Shown: piece by piece, positions 37,538 to 51,182 of the stretch
How the letters are laid out: each line of letters begins with the position of its first letter
Numbering within the stretch: position 1 is the stretch's first letter
Source of the DNA: Mobula hypostoma
Lineage: Eukaryota
Direction: 5' to 3'
Length of the DNA stretch: 64,000 bases
Assembly: GCF_963921235.1 (NCBI RefSeq)
Contig: NC_086109.1
Coordinates: forward strand, 31,374,001 to 31,438,000
Position numbers and translations under genes: made by a program
The notes under the pieces: generated by a model
The model's input: the letters and a program-made list of their open reading frames with translations, nothing else
Told to the model about the DNA's origin: nothing
The model's database searches: none

Positions 37538-40500
37538 CCTGATGACTACAACTGCAAGAAATACCACCAGCTGCCTCTTCAAACAAACCGCATTGAGGAG
37601 TTGAGCTGGAACTGGATGAACTCTGGATCATTCGGGAGGCTGAAGGGGTGATAGTGAGGACATACAGAGAAGTAGTTACACTCAAGCTGCAGGACACAGA
37701 AAACTGGGTGACACCAGGAAGCAGAATGGGGTGAAGGAGCCAGTACAGAGTGCCCTTGTGGCCATCCCCCTCAACAACAGGTATATCACTTTGGATGCTG
37801 TTGGGGGGTGTGGGGTTGACCTAATAGAGGAGAGTCACAGTGTCACAGTGGTTGGATCTCTGGCATTGAGTCTGCCACTGAGACTCAGAAGGGAAGGGGG
37901 TGGGAAAGGCATGCTGTGGTGATAAGGGATTCATTATTTAGGGGAATGGACAACAGGTTCTGTGGACAAGACCAAGATTCCTGGATGGTACATTGCCTCC
38001 TTGGTGCCAGGGCTTGGGATATCTTGGATTGAGTCCTCAGCATTCTTAAGTGGGAGGGTGAATAGCCAGAAGTTGTGGTCCACGTAGGTACCAATGACAT
38101 GAGTAGGATGAGTGATGAGATTCTGCAGAGGGAGTTCAGGTGCTAAGTTAAAGTGCAGGGCCTCCAGGTTTGTGATCTCAGGATTGCTATCCGTGCCTTG
38201 TGCTAGTGAGTCTAGAACTAGGAAGCTTGTACAGTTTAATACGTTGCTAGGTTGTTGGTGTAAGAGGGAGAGTATAAGAATTTTGGGTCATTGGGCTCTC
38301 TTCAGGGAAGATAGGCCCTGCACAGAAGAGATGGTTTGCATCTGAACTGGAGGAAACTAATATATTAGTAGAAAGTTTTGCTCGAGCTGTACGGTGGGGT
38401 TTTAACTAGAGTTGCAGGGAGATTGGAACCTGAGAGCCAGAATAGTGAGTGGAGAGATTGTCGAGGTAGATGTTGATAAGACCTCAGGCAAAGTTATGAA
38501 TCCAAAGTTTGAGCACGGTGCGACAAAATTGAAAAGGGTGAATTCAGGACTGAAGGTGTTGCATCTGAATGCACGCAATATTCCGAATAATGTAGATGAA
38601 CTTGCAGCACAGTGGCAAGTTGACAGGTATGGTATTGTAGGTGTCACTAAATCATGGCGGAAGAATTATAGCTGCAGGCTTAATGTCTGGGGATACACAT
38701 TGTATCATGAGGAAAGGCAGGATGGCAGAAGGGGTGGTGTTGCTCTATTGGTAAAAAATTAAATCAAATTATTGGAAAGAGGTGACATAGAGTAGGAAGG
38801 TGTCGAATCATTGTGGATAGAGCTAAGGGACTGCAAGGGTGAAAATACTATGATGGGAGTTGTATACCGATCCCCAAACAGTAGTAAGGATGTAGCCTAC
38901 AATCTACAACTGGAGATAGAAAATGCATGCCAAAAGGGCAATGTTACAATAGTCATGTGGGACTTCAATAAGCAGGTAGATTGGGAAAATCAGGTTGGTG
39001 CTGGATTGCAGGATGGGAATTTCTAGAGTGACTATGAGATGACTTTTTCGGGCTACTCATGGCTGAGCCCAGTAGAGGATCATATATTCTGGATTGGGTG
39101 TTATGCAATGACCAGAATTGATTAGAGAGCTTAGGGTAAAAGAGCCCTTAGGGGAGAAAGAGATCATAATATGATTGAATTCACCCTGAAACTTGAGAAG
39201 GAGAAGCTGAAGTCAGATGTATCAGTATTACAGTGGAGTAAAGGGAATTTCAGAGGCATGAGAGAGGAATTAGTCAGAATTGATTTGAAAAGAACACTGG
39301 CAGGGATGATGGTAGAGCAGCAATGGCTGGAGTTACTGGAAGCAATTCGGAAGGCACAGGATATATACATCCCAAAGAGGAAGGATTAGAGTTTTCTAAA
39401 GGAAAGATGACACAACCGTGGCTAACAAGAGAAGTCAAAGCCAATATAAAAGCCATAGTGAGGCATATAATAGAGCAAAAATTAGTGGGAGTTAGAGGGT
39501 TGGGAAGCCTTTAAAAACCAACAGAAGGCAACTAAAAAAGTTATTAACAAGGAAAAGATGGAATACCAAAGTAAGCTAGCCAATAGTATGTAGCCCCCCG
39601 CCTCCCCCCACCCCCCGCCCGGCAAGCCTCAGGGTCGCTCTACTCGCTGTCGTCTAGGAAAACAGCCCTCGGCCCTGCCAAACTGGGTAATTAGTTTGTG
39701 TGGATGCTGTGTGATGTACCCCACCCCACCAAATAACAGACAACACACCATATACGATTAAATGAATTATAGTTTATAGATATTACTGGAACTATATAAT
39801 TAATAGAGATAAAATATAAAAGGAAAATAAAAGGTGCCACACTTATCAATGTTCACTCTCTTCGTGCACAAACAGTTGGAGCTCTAGTAACGATCCTCTC
39901 TTCACCATTCGATCCCCTCTGACCAACTCGACCTGCCACCTGGGACCAACCACGGTGGTCGACCAGACGCCCCACACGAGTCTGTCTCTGTCTCCTCTCC
40001 TCGCCGAAGACCCTGGACCTCGGACTCCTGCTAGGGGTCCGAGCCCGTTAGCCAGCTCACAGCCCCTTGTCCATTCTCTCTCTCTCCATCTGCCCAAAAA
40101 CCCGCACATCACAATAACTTATAGACACACTAGAAAGAATAACATCTATCCCAATTGGTTCGTCTGCTCTCTTATCAATAATATAACCCAAACAAGCTGA
40201 TAGCGAGAACTTTCTCCACAGTTAATATAACAAAGAAGCCATTTTAATTAGCCTTCACAGTAATATAAAAGATGAAACCCCTTACAAGTATTAAAGAGGA
40301 TACTGAAAGTTTCTTTAGATACATAAAGTGGAAAAGAGAGGAGAGAGTGGCTATTGGATCGGAGGAAAATGATGCTGGAGAGGTAGTGATGGGGGCAACA
40401 AAATGGCAGATGATCTGAATAAGTATTTTGCATCAGACTTCACTGTGGAAGACTCTAGACTCTAGCTGTATGGTGGAAGTTCCAGGTGTCAGGGATCACG

Positions 40501-42128
40501 AAGAGTGTGAGGTTACCATAACTAGACAGAAGCTTTTTGGGAAGTTGAAAGGGCTGAAGATAGATAAGTCACCTGGACCAGATGGTGTACATCCCTGGGT
40601 TATGAAAGTGGTCGCTGATGAGATTGTGGAGGCATTAGTAATAATCTTTCAAGAATCACTAGATTCTGGAATGGTTCTGGAAGACTCAAGAATTGCAAAT
40701 GTCCCCCAACTCTTCAAGAAGAGAGAGAGGCAGGAAAAGGAAACTATAGGCCCGGGAGTCTGACTTCAGTGGTTGTGAAGATGTTGGAGTCGATTATTAA
40801 GGATGAGGTCTCAGGGTACTTGGAGGTACATAATAAAATAGGCCATAGTCAGCATGGTTTCTTCAAGAAAAATTCCTGCCTGACAAATCTATTGGAATTC
40901 TTTGAAGAAATAACAAGCAGGATAGACAAGGAAAATCACTTGATGCTGTGTACTTGGATTTTCAGAGGGCCTTTGATAAGGTGCCACACATGAGGCTGCT
41001 TAACAAGCTATGGGCCTATGGTATTACAGGAAAGATTCTACCATGGATAAAGCAGTGACTAATTGCAGATGGCAAAGAGTGGGAATAAAGGGAGTCTTTT
41101 CTGGCTGGCTGCTGGTAACTAGTGATGTTCCACTGAGTTCTGTGTTGGGACCGATTCTGTTCACTTTATATGTCAGTGATTTGGATGATGGAATTGATAG
41201 CTTTGTTGTAAAATTTGTAGAAAATATAAAAATAGGTAGAGGGGCAGGTAGTTTTGAGGAAGTAGAGAGGCTACAGAAGGGCTTGGACAGATTCAGAGAA
41301 CGGGCAAATTATTGGCAGATGGAATACAGTGTTGGGAAATGTATGGTCATGCACCTTGGGGGAAGAAATGAAAGGGTTGACTATTTTCTAAATGGAGATA
41401 AAATACAAAAACTGAGGTGCAAATGTTCTTAGGAGTCCTTGTGCAGGATTCCCTAAAGGTTAATTTGCAGATTGAGTCTGTGGTGAGGAAGCCAAATTCA
41501 ATGTTAGCATTCATTTTAAGAGGACTGGAATTAAAAACAAAGATGTAACATTGAGACTTTTTAAAAGCACTTGTGAGGCCTCACTTGGAGTATTGTGGGC
41601 AGGTTTGTGCCCCTTATCTTAGAAAGGATGTGCTGAAACTGGACAGGGTTCAAAGGAGGTTTACAAAAATGATTCTAGGATTGAATAGCTTGTCATTAAA
41701 AAAAGGCATTTGATGTCTCTGGGCCTGATTTCACTAGAATTCAGAAGAATAAGGGGTGACCTCATTGATCCCTATCGAATGGTGAAAGGCCTTGATCGAG
41801 TGGATATGGAGAGGATATTTCCTATGGTGGGAGGGTCTAAGATCAGAAAACACACCCTCAGAATAGAGGGGCGTCCTTTTAGATTGAAAATGAGCAGGAA
41901 TTTCTTTAGCCAGAGATTGATGAATCTGTGAAATTCTTTTTCACAGTCTTTATGGATATTGCAGGTAAAGGTTGATAGATTCTTGATTGATGAATGCATG
42001 AAGGCATATGGACAGAAGGCAGGAGATTAGGGCTGAGAGAAATTTGGATCACCCATGATGAAATAGCAGATTAGACGTGATGGGCCAAGTGCCCTAATTC
42101 TGCTCCTATATCCTATGGTCTTATGGTC
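37538..42128 (+). mobile_element. Near full-length degenerate CR1 LINE (ORF1 with SGNH esterase-like motifs, ORF2 EN+RT), interrupted by a solo LTR
   Basis: ORF1 PLNNRYITL, VVVHVGTND; EN LHLNARNI, YRSPN, WDFN; RT KSPGPDG, QHGF; tail CCTATGGTCTTATGG. Confidence 0.92.
39589..40286. mobile_element. Solo LTR (698 bp)
   Basis: TGTA...TACA termini, 4-bp TSD AGTA (39585-39588 and 40287-40290). Removing it restores CR1 sequence matching the 2236-2262 region. Confidence 0.85.
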
Positions 42129-42174
42129 ACCAGAGCTCCTGTTCCTGCTTTGTATATAGACTCACTGGGGTATT

Positions 42175-43959
42175 TTCCCCACTGCTTTATTTTCACCATG
42201 GATGCCCAGTCCCTATATACTTCCATCCCCCATCAGGAAGGTCTCAAATCTCTCCGCTTCTTTTTAGATTCTAGACCTAACCAGTTCCCCTCTACCACCA
42301 CTCTGCTCCATCTAGCAGAATGAGTCCTTACTCTTAATAATTTCTCCTTTGGCTCTTCCCACTTCCTCCAAACTAAAGGTGTAGCTATGGGCACCCGTAT
42401 GGGTCCTAGCTATGCCTGCCTTTTTGTTGGCTTTGTGGAACAATCTAAGTTCCAAACCTATTCTGGTATCTGTCCCCCACTTTTCCTTCACTACATCGAC
42501 GACTGCATTGGCGCTGCTTCCTGCACGCATGCTGAGCTCGTTGACTTCATTAACTTTGCCTCCAACTTTCACCCTGCCCTCAAGTTTACCTGGTCCATTT
42601 CCGACACCTCCCTCCCCTTTCTAGATCTTTCTGTCTCTATCTCTGGAGACAGCTTATCTACCGATGTCTACTATAAGCCTACTGATTCTCACAGCTATCT
42701 GGACTATTCCTCTTCTCACCCTGTCTCTTGCAAAAACGCCATCCCCTTCTCGCAATTCCTCCGTCTCCACTGCATCTGATCTCAGGATGAGGCTTTTCAT
42801 TCCAGGACGAAGGAGATGTCCTCCGTTTTTAAAGAAAGGGGCTTCCCTTCCTCCACCATCAACTCTGCTCTCAAACGCATCTCCCCCATCTCACGCACAT
42901 CTGCTCTCACTCCATCCTCCCGCCACCCAACTAGGAATAGGGTTCCCCTTGTCCTCACCTACCACCCCACCAGCCTCCGGGTCCAACATATTATTCTCCG
43001 TAACTTCCGCCACCTCCAACGGGATCCCACCACTAAGCACGTCTTTCCCTCCCCGCCTCTCCTCTGCTTTCCACAGGGATCACTCCCTACGCGACTCTCT
43101 TGTATATTCGACCCCCCATCCTTCCCCACCGATCTCCCTCCTGGCACTTATCCTTGTAAGTGGAACAAGTGCTACACATGCCCTTACACTGTCCCTCACC
43201 ACCATTCAGGGCCCCAGACAGTCCTTCCAGGTAAGGTGACACTTCACCTGTGAGTCGGCTGGAGTGATATACTGCGTCCGGTGCTCCCGATGTGGCCTTC
43301 TATATATTGGCGAGACCCAACGCAGACTGGGAGATCATTTCGCTGAACACCTACGCTCTGTCCACCAGAGAAAGTAGGATCTCCCAATGGCCACACATTT
43401 TAATTCCACGTCCCATTCCCATTCTGATATGTCTATCCACGGCCTCCTCTACTGTAAAGATGAAGCCACACTCAGGTTGGAGGAACAACACCTTATATTC
43501 CGTCTGGGTAGCCTCCAACCTGATGGCAGGAACATTGACTTCTCTAACTTCTGCTAATGCCCCACCTCCTCCTCATACCCCATCCGTTATTTATTTATAT
43601 ACACACATTCTTTTTCTCTCTCTCCTTTTTCTCCCTCTTTCCCTCTCACTATACCCCTTGCACATCCTCTGGGTTTCCCCGCCCCCCCCCCACTTTTCCT
43701 TCTCCCTGGGCCTCCTGTCCCATGATCCTCTCATATCCCTTTTGCCAATTACCTGTCCAGCACTTGGCTCCATCCCTCCTCCTCCTGTCTTCTCCTATCA
43801 TTTTGGATCTCCCCCTCCCCCTCCAAATTTCAAATCTCTTACTAGCTCTTCTTTCAGTTAGTCCTGACGAAGGGTCTTGGCCCGAAACGTCAACTGTACC
43901 TTTTCCTAAAGATGCTGCCTGGCCTGCTGCATTCACCAGCAACTTTGATGTATGTTGCT
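42175..43959 (+). mobile_element. 5'-truncated Penelope-like retroelement (RT core + GIY-YIG), with stops and frameshifts
   Basis: FTMDAQSLYTSIPH, KGVAMGTRMGPSYA, YIDDC, GIY-YIG; closely similar to 14713-15998. TSD TGGGGTATT at 42166-42174 and 43960-43968. Confidence 0.95.
43860..43895 (+). ncRNA. Minimal type-I hammerhead ribozyme motif (one stem I mismatch)
   Basis: AGTC-CTGACGA-A-GGGTCTTGGCCC-GAAA-C-GTC-AACT. Confidence 0.7.
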
Positions 43960-44984
43960 TGGGGTATTATTTCCCACAATTTTGTTGAGCACATTGGGTC
44001 ATGGTGAGTTTAAAGGGAACTTAAGAAAAATGGTGAAGCAATTACTGTGCATCAAGGTTTCTGAACCGTGACACAATGGCTAATTGGAGTTCCACTATAT
44101 TTTTGGAAATTAAGTCATGCTTGTCTTTCTAAATTCCAGTAAATTAAATCCACATTGCATATTCTCGCTTGGAGCAAAAACTGATCTGATAAGATTGCAA
44201 CTTTAAGTAACTTTGGCTTTACCCCTCCTTGCACTCCAATCCTTTACATATACAGTAATACATTGTCTCCTGCCATCTGGTAGGAGATACAGAAACATCT
44301 TAAACTGAAAAACAGTTTCTTCTTGAGGGCTATTGCGCAGTTGAATAATACTGCACCTCGACTTGGCAATGGCCTTTGAGTGTTGTGGACTATCAAAAAC
44401 ACTTGTTACTTGCAAATATGGGATTTTTAAAAAAATTACGCCATACCCCATACATTGTAAATATCTGTTTTGCACGGACTGCAGTAGCACCACAATCTTG
44501 CTGTCTTGAGCAATGATAATAAATTTCTACACTATTCTGTAGCAGTGCAAAAATTTCTTCTGTTTTCCAAGATTTCTTAATTATCAATGAACATGGATCA
44601 TCAAGAATTTGTATCTCCAAAAATTCTGGTTATTTTTCATTTCTGTTCCATGCTCTTTGGAACCAAAGTTGTTAAGTTCAGATTGGATTTGAAATTGGAA
44701 TCGGAATCGGAGCTGAAGTTGGCAAATTTGTTATTATCATGTGTATCAAGGTACGGTGAAAAACTTGTCATGCATCTTTTTCATACAAATTAATTGAACC
44801 TGGTGGTATAAGCTTTCAGGCTGTTGTATCTTTTGCCCAGTGGAAAAGAAGAGAAGAGAAAATGTCCAGACTGGGTGGGTCTTCAATTATGCCGACTGCT
44901 TTACTGAAACAGTGAGAAGTGCGGACAAGTCCCTGGAGGATGGTTTCCATGATGTGCTGAGCTGTGTTCACAATTCTTTGCTGA

Positions 44985-46940
44985 TTTCTGATCAGCTACA
45001 TAGAGAAGTGTACTGAGGATGTTGCCAACACAAAACACGTCCGGGTGAGGGCAAATCAGAAGCCATGGCTTAATGCAGAGGTCTGTGCATGGCTGAGGGA
45101 TTGTGAAGCTGCCTTTAGATTGGGGGACGTGACTGCTGTCTGGGAAGAAAGAACTGTGCTTTCCTGCTCCATTAGGAAGGGGAAACGTGGGCACTCTCAC
45201 AGAATACACAAATACATCTGTGATACCAGATTCACAAGGTGCCTGCGGCAGGAAATTCAGAGGACTGCAGACTATAAGTTTGCTTTGTGCATCAGTGACC
45301 AGAATGCCTCACTCCTGACAGGCTGAAAGTCTGTTATGCCTGGTTTGATGCACAGAACAAAGTGCTGGTGTGGAAGGCACCCCTCTCCCCAGGGGAGCAG
45401 ACACTCCATCCGGCTGAAGCTGAGGTGACGAAGACCCTGGTTAGGGTTAACTCACACAAAGCTGAGGAGCTCAATGGTATTCCAGGCCCGGTTCTGAAAG
45501 ACTGCACAGCTCAGCCAGCTGAGGTGCTGATGGATATATTCAACATCTGTTTGGTATAGTACTTTGTCCCCTCAGTTTTCAAGACAGCAACCATCATTCC
45601 AGTGTCAAAGAAGGTGACAGTAATCTGCCTAAATGAATATTGACCTGTGGCATTAACATTAATCATTGTAAAATGCTTTGAGTGACTGGTCATGGAGCTC
45701 ATTAAAGCCTTTCTCCCATCTACACTGGACCTTTCCAGTTCACTTATCACTTGAATCAATTCACTCACGATGCTATAGCCACTGCCCTCCACTCTGTTTT
45801 GTTCTACCAGAAAAATGTGGTCTCATGTGCAAGACTGCTGTTTATAGATTTCAGTTTAGCGTTGAACACCACCACACCCCAGAAAATGGTGGGGAAACTG
45901 TCCTCGATGGGCCTCAAACTCTCCCTCAGCAACTGGATCCTGGATTTCTTAACAGAAAGGCTACAGTCAGTTCGTGTGGGAAGCAACGTCTCTAGTACTA
46001 TTACACAGAGCACTGGCACTCCCCAGGGCTGTGTGCTCAGCCCGCTGCTGTTCACACTGATGACGCATGACTGTGTCATAGGATCCAACTCAAACTGAAT
46101 CATCAAATTTACGGATCACACAACAGTGGTTGGCCTCATCAGCAATGATGATGAGTTGAGTAAAGAGAGGATGTGGAGCAGCAGGTGGACTGGAATGAGA
46201 AGAACAACCTACGTTTGAACATGGAGAAGACCAAGGAAATCATTGTGGACTTCAGGAAGGTGCAGACGAACTATTCCCCCTCTGTGAACACATGGCTTGT
46301 CTGTAGAGACAGTAAAGCGCACTAGGTTCCTGGGAGTTCACATCTTGGATGAGCTCACCTGATCCCTCAACAGCACCACCCTGTTCAAGAAGGCATAACA
46401 GTGCCTCCACCTCCTAAGGAGATTGAGGCAAATGAGGATTCATCCCTTCACCTCCATAGTAACTGAATTTTACAGGAGCATCTTTGAGAGTATTCTGACA
46501 AGTTGCATGTCCATCTAGTTTGGGAGCAGCAGAGCGTCAGACCGGAAGTCCCTACAAGGGACTGTGAGAATGGCTGAGAGGATCATAGGGGCCTCCCTAC
46601 CATCCATTGGGGACATTTATCAGGAGTGCTGTCTATGCAGGGCCCTTAGTATTATTAAGGATCTCACCCATTCATTCAGCATTCTCTTTGATTTTCTAAC
46701 ATCTGGCAGGATACTCCGATGCATAAGAACGAGAACAGTCAGGTTGGGAAACAGTTTCGCCTCTCTGGCCATTAGGCTTCTGAACTCTCTGCCACATCGC
46801 TTTCGATGTGTCACTGGTTAATCTGTTCTGTACCTAATAATGTTTAATTAATGCACATTGCTTTGCTTATTTATGTGTAATTCTTCTGTAGATTTTATCC
46901 TTACTTTCCCAAGTTACTGTGTGTTATATGTATGTTATGT
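44985..46940 (+). mobile_element. Rex1/Babar LINE RT region, degenerate
   Basis: NQKPWLN, IPVSKK, ARLLFIDFS, GTPQGCVLSPLLFTLMTHDC, KFTDHTTVVGLIS, RALSIIKD. Confidence 0.9.
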
Positions 46941-47330
46941 CTTCTTCTGTTCTTCATCTTCTTGGTCTCCGTCGGATAGAGTGACCATGGACATTGCGTC
47001 CCAGCTGTCTGGATATGCAAGCCTGGGCAGTACAATATGGAGAATAAGCTGATGCCCAAGCTTCTCCTCTCCACACACCTGATGAACCCAAAGAAACAGC
47101 AGAGGCCAGTACAGTTTGGTACCAGAAGCATCACAGGAGATGCCAGTCAACATTGAACTCAATATAGGACTGCCTCAGGGACTCCAGCTCCAGATTTTTC
47201 CCTCAGGGTTTGCTCCCGATGCCTTCCCCAGCAGTGGGTATAGCCACAAGGCAGCAGAGGTTTGAGATCAGAGATTTCCTTCTCCTAGTTGAACTGCCAA
47301 CCATGGCTGACAAGACCCATCTGCTGAAAT
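46940..47330 (-). mobile_element. RTE-related short element inserted in the Rex 3' UTR
   Basis: - strand GGCAGTTCAACTAGGAGAAGGAAATCTCTG resembles RTE 5' regions; (GAA)-like tail. Confidence 0.5.
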
Positions 47331-47439
47331 GTTACGTGTACTACTGTGCCATACACCATGATCCAGAGAAACATTGTTTCATTTGACAATATACATGTAC
47401 TGTACATAGCTAAATATCAATAAACTTGACGAATTGACT

Positions 47440-48020
47440 TGTGCACAGCAGTTGCCTTACCAAACAATTATACACCCAGAGAGGATGCTTTCTACAGTGC
47501 ATTGATAAAAAAGTGGTAGGGGTCAACAAGTGCAAACAAAATTTCTTTAGCCTCCTAAGGAAGTAGAAGTGTCGATGAATTTTCATGCCCACAACATATA
47601 CGTATGTGATTGGATCACAATAGACTATTGGAGATATTCATTCCGAGATACTCGAAGCTCTCAAACCTGTCAACCTCAGCACCATAGACTTAGACAGGAG
47701 GATAGGCATTGCCCTCCTTCCTGAAGTCAACAACCAGCTCTTTGTTTTGTTGACAACATGGGAAAAATTGTTTTCACAACATCATGTTACTAACTTCTCT
47801 ATCCCCTTCCGGTACATCCACTCTTCATTATTTGAGATATAGTGGACTATAGTGGTATCATCTGCAAACTTGCAGATGGAGTTAGAGAAGACACTGGCCC
47901 CACAATCATGACCGTACAGGGAGTAGTGTGGGGGGTAGGGAACTGAGGATGTAACCTTCTGGAGTTCAGAGTAATTTAGGTAGTGGTATTGCTGTCTAAC
48001 CTTAATGATTGCAGTCTGTT
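47440..48020 (-). mobile_element. Rex1-like RT fragment
   Basis: YSLYGHDC..NSICKFADDTT, YFLRRLKKF. Confidence 0.75.
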
Positions 48021-49221
48021 CAGAATCAGAATCAGGTTTATTACCACTGACATATGTCGTGAAATGTATTGTTATGTGGCAGCAGTATATTGCAATACAC
48101 AATAATAAAACATTATTATGAATTACAATAAATATCAGATATATTTAAAAAGTTAAATTAAGTAAGTAGTGCTAAAAGCGAAGCAAAAATGTGCCAGATA
48201 ATGTTCAGGGGTTCATTGTTAGGAAATGAAGGATTGTTTTGCAGAGTGGGACATTGATTCACAAGGTCCAGAGATCTACCATCATTAATTTACATTTACA
48301 ATCATTTTTCCCATCATTTTAGTTAATATTTCAAAATTTTACAGGCTCTTGGATATTAAATATATCTTATATTTCTATACCGACTCCTTGTTCATCGGAA
48401 AATATCAAGGTGCAGTTCCTTATAGTGGAGTATCTGAAATTCTTCTTTAAAATTTTTGTTTTCCTATTAATTATTTTCAGTTGTGTTAATCAAGAATGCT
48501 AATAATATCCAGACAATATATGCTAGGTTAACTGGTCTATAACCTTAGGATTCCTTCCCGAAATAAAGACAGCGCACACAATTTTCCAGTGTAAAGCTAT
48601 CATTTCTGAAGCAGGAGAAATTTGGAAATTAGCATTGAAGAATCCTTGATGCCTTTTCATATGTAGTTAAAATCCAGTGAAGAAAGCCATCTGGTGCTGG
48701 GGACTGTTCACTTCCTCATGCAAATAATTTCTGTATTACCTCTCTTGTGTTTCTGTAAGTTTTGGTGAGTTTAATGTTAGCTTCTTTGAGATTTGTGGGT
48801 TGTTACCCTCTGATGAAAACACTGAGACAAAGTTATAATTTGACAGTCCACATGTTCTTATTTTTAACATATCAAGTGTATTATCAATTTTTAATAGGCC
48901 TACTCTGCTCTTGGCCATATTGCATTTCTTAATATAATTGCAAATTTTTTGTGACGAATTTTGTATCTCTCACAAACTTTCTTTTTGTGATGTTTCTTTT
49001 TGGCCTTGCTATCGATTTTGTTACCTTTTGCAGCACCTTGCCATTTTTTTCTAGTTACCACAATCCATGTTATTTTCCTTTCAATTGTGTGTGCCTTTTC
49101 TTCTGGTTTTCAGAATCAGAGTCAGAATCAGGTTTATTTTCTCTGATCACTGTTGTGAAATTTGTTGTTTTATTGCAGCAGTACAGTGCAATGAATAAAA
49201 AATTCCATAAGTTACAATCTA

Positions 49222-49685
49222 GGGATGAAGGGGTTAACGTATGAGGAGAGATTGAGTCGCCCGGGACTATACTCTCAGGAATTCAGAAGAATGAGAGGGA
49301 GTCTTATAGAAACATACAAAGGGATAGATAAGATAGAAGTAGGAAAGTTGTTTCCATTGGTAGGTGAGACTAGAACTAGGGGACATTGCCTCAAGACTCA
49401 GGGGAGGAGATTTAGGATGGAGATGAGGAGAAACTGTTTTTCCCAGAGAATGGTCAATCTGTGGAATTCTCTGCCTAGGGAAGCAGTTGAGGCTTCTTCA
49501 CTAAATATATTTAAGATACAGTTAGATAGGTTTTTACATAGTAAGGGAATTAAGGGTTATGGGGAAAAGGCAGGTAGATGGAGCTGAGTTTATGGACAGA
49601 TCAGCCATGATCTCATTGAATGGCGAGGCAGGCTCAATGGGCCAGATGGCCTACTCCTGCTCCTATTTCTTACGTACTTATGTTC
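49222..49685 (+). mobile_element. CR1 3' fragment
   Basis: ORF 49225-49587 YEERL..EFRRMRG.LIETYK..RTRGH..NLWNSLP; (TTACG/TTATG) tail. Confidence 0.9.
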
Positions 49686-49747
49686 ATATATATATAGAAG
49701 AGAGAGAGTGCAAAAAGATAGAAAAATAGTGAAGTAGTGTTCATAGG

Positions 49748-50052
49748 TTCACAGTTTGAGGATAGAGGGGAAGCCTTTTAGGACGGAGATTAGGAAAAAC
49801 TTCTTCACACAGAGAGTGGTGAATCTGTGGAATTCTCTGCCACAGGAAACAGTTGAGGCCGGTTCATTGGCTATATTTAAGAGGGAGTTAGATATGGCCC
49901 TTGTGGCTACGGGGGTCAGGGGGTATGGAGGGAAGGCTGGTGCAGGGTTCTGAGTTGGATGATCAGCCATGATCATAATAAATGGCGGTGCAGGCTCGAA
50001 GGGCCGAATGGCCTACTCCTGCACCTATTTTCTATGTTTCTATGTTTCTATG
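49748..50052 (+). mobile_element. CR1 3' fragment with (TTTCTATG)3 tail
   Basis: RKNFFTQRVVNLWNSLP; octamer tail. Confidence 0.9.
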
Positions 50053-50585
50053 TTCATGGACTACTCAGAAATCTGATGGTGAAGGGGAAAAAGCTTTTCC
50101 TAAAATGTTGATTGTGCGTCTTGAGGCATCTATACCTCCTCCCTTCATGTTCATAATGAGATGCAAATGTTTCTTATCTTTTTTTAGTTGTCTGTCATCT
50201 TTTTATCATTTTGATAAGTGAAACTTGACATTAGAGTATAAATTGATTTTGTGTCATATTAAATTCTCCTATGAGTACCTCCTACTAATATTCTGTCAGT
50301 TTACCTATTCACAGACTTGCGTAGTTTGCTGTGCTCAATGAAAGTAAGCCTCATCCAAACTTAGAAATTTAGTAACATTTCATTCTATGCCCTTATAGAT
50401 ATTGTGTTGTATTTCATTGTTTCCATTGTAATCAACAAATAGATGTTCACACAGATTTAATGAAATCTGGCTTATTACTTACTACTAAGTTTAATAGGCT
50501 TGGTGCCTGAGTTATCTCCAGTACATACTCTTTTGAATGCATTCCATAAATTCAATATTGTTTAGAAATAAAGTAATCTGCTTAC

Positions 50586-51182
50586 CAATGTTCCCTCTAA
50601 TTTCTTTACAGCTATGCAGACCAACCATTGCTCTGAGCAGGAAATTTTTACACAGCCTGAAAAACTATACAACACTTTAATGATTTTTTTTGTAATATGC
50701 ACATCAAATAAACACAAGCCTCAACTCACAATACAAGGAAATGATGTCAGGCAGTCAAAACAATTGACAGGCACATTGGCAAAAGTAAAATGTTTGGCTA
50801 GACAGTGTTGGCCTTCAACAGGCTGGTGGTTTATTAACAATGAGCTACTGACTTCCATTCTGTGTTTATTGTTACAATTTGTAATGGTGTTGTGGCTTGA
50901 AACACTGACAATGTAAATACTTTGAAGCTCTAAAATGCTTCAAAGTAAAGATCATGGAATGTTTATTATTTAGAAAATTTATAGATTATATTCATTAACA
51001 CATAATTAATGACAGGGTATTTTACAATTATATTAGATTTTAAAATTACATTAGCATAATTTCTAAATTATATTAAAATTATTTAAAAGAAAATTCCAGC
51101 TGCACAGTAACAAAGGCGATGTGGATGGGAGTATTTCAGTTACCACTTGACCATGCACCTGTTCAGCTTAGAGGGAACAGTG
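50586..51182. mobile_element. hAT-type MITE (597 bp)
   Basis: 15-bp TIRs CAATGTTCCCTCTAA / TTAGAGGGAACAGTG (one mismatch); perfect 8-bp TSD CTGCTTAC at 50578-50585 and 51183-51190. Confidence 0.9.

Noticed and set aside
47078..47100. CTGATGA...GAAAC as another hammerhead
   Set aside because: The intervening ACCCAAA cannot form stem II, and no stem I/III pairing or NUH site follows.
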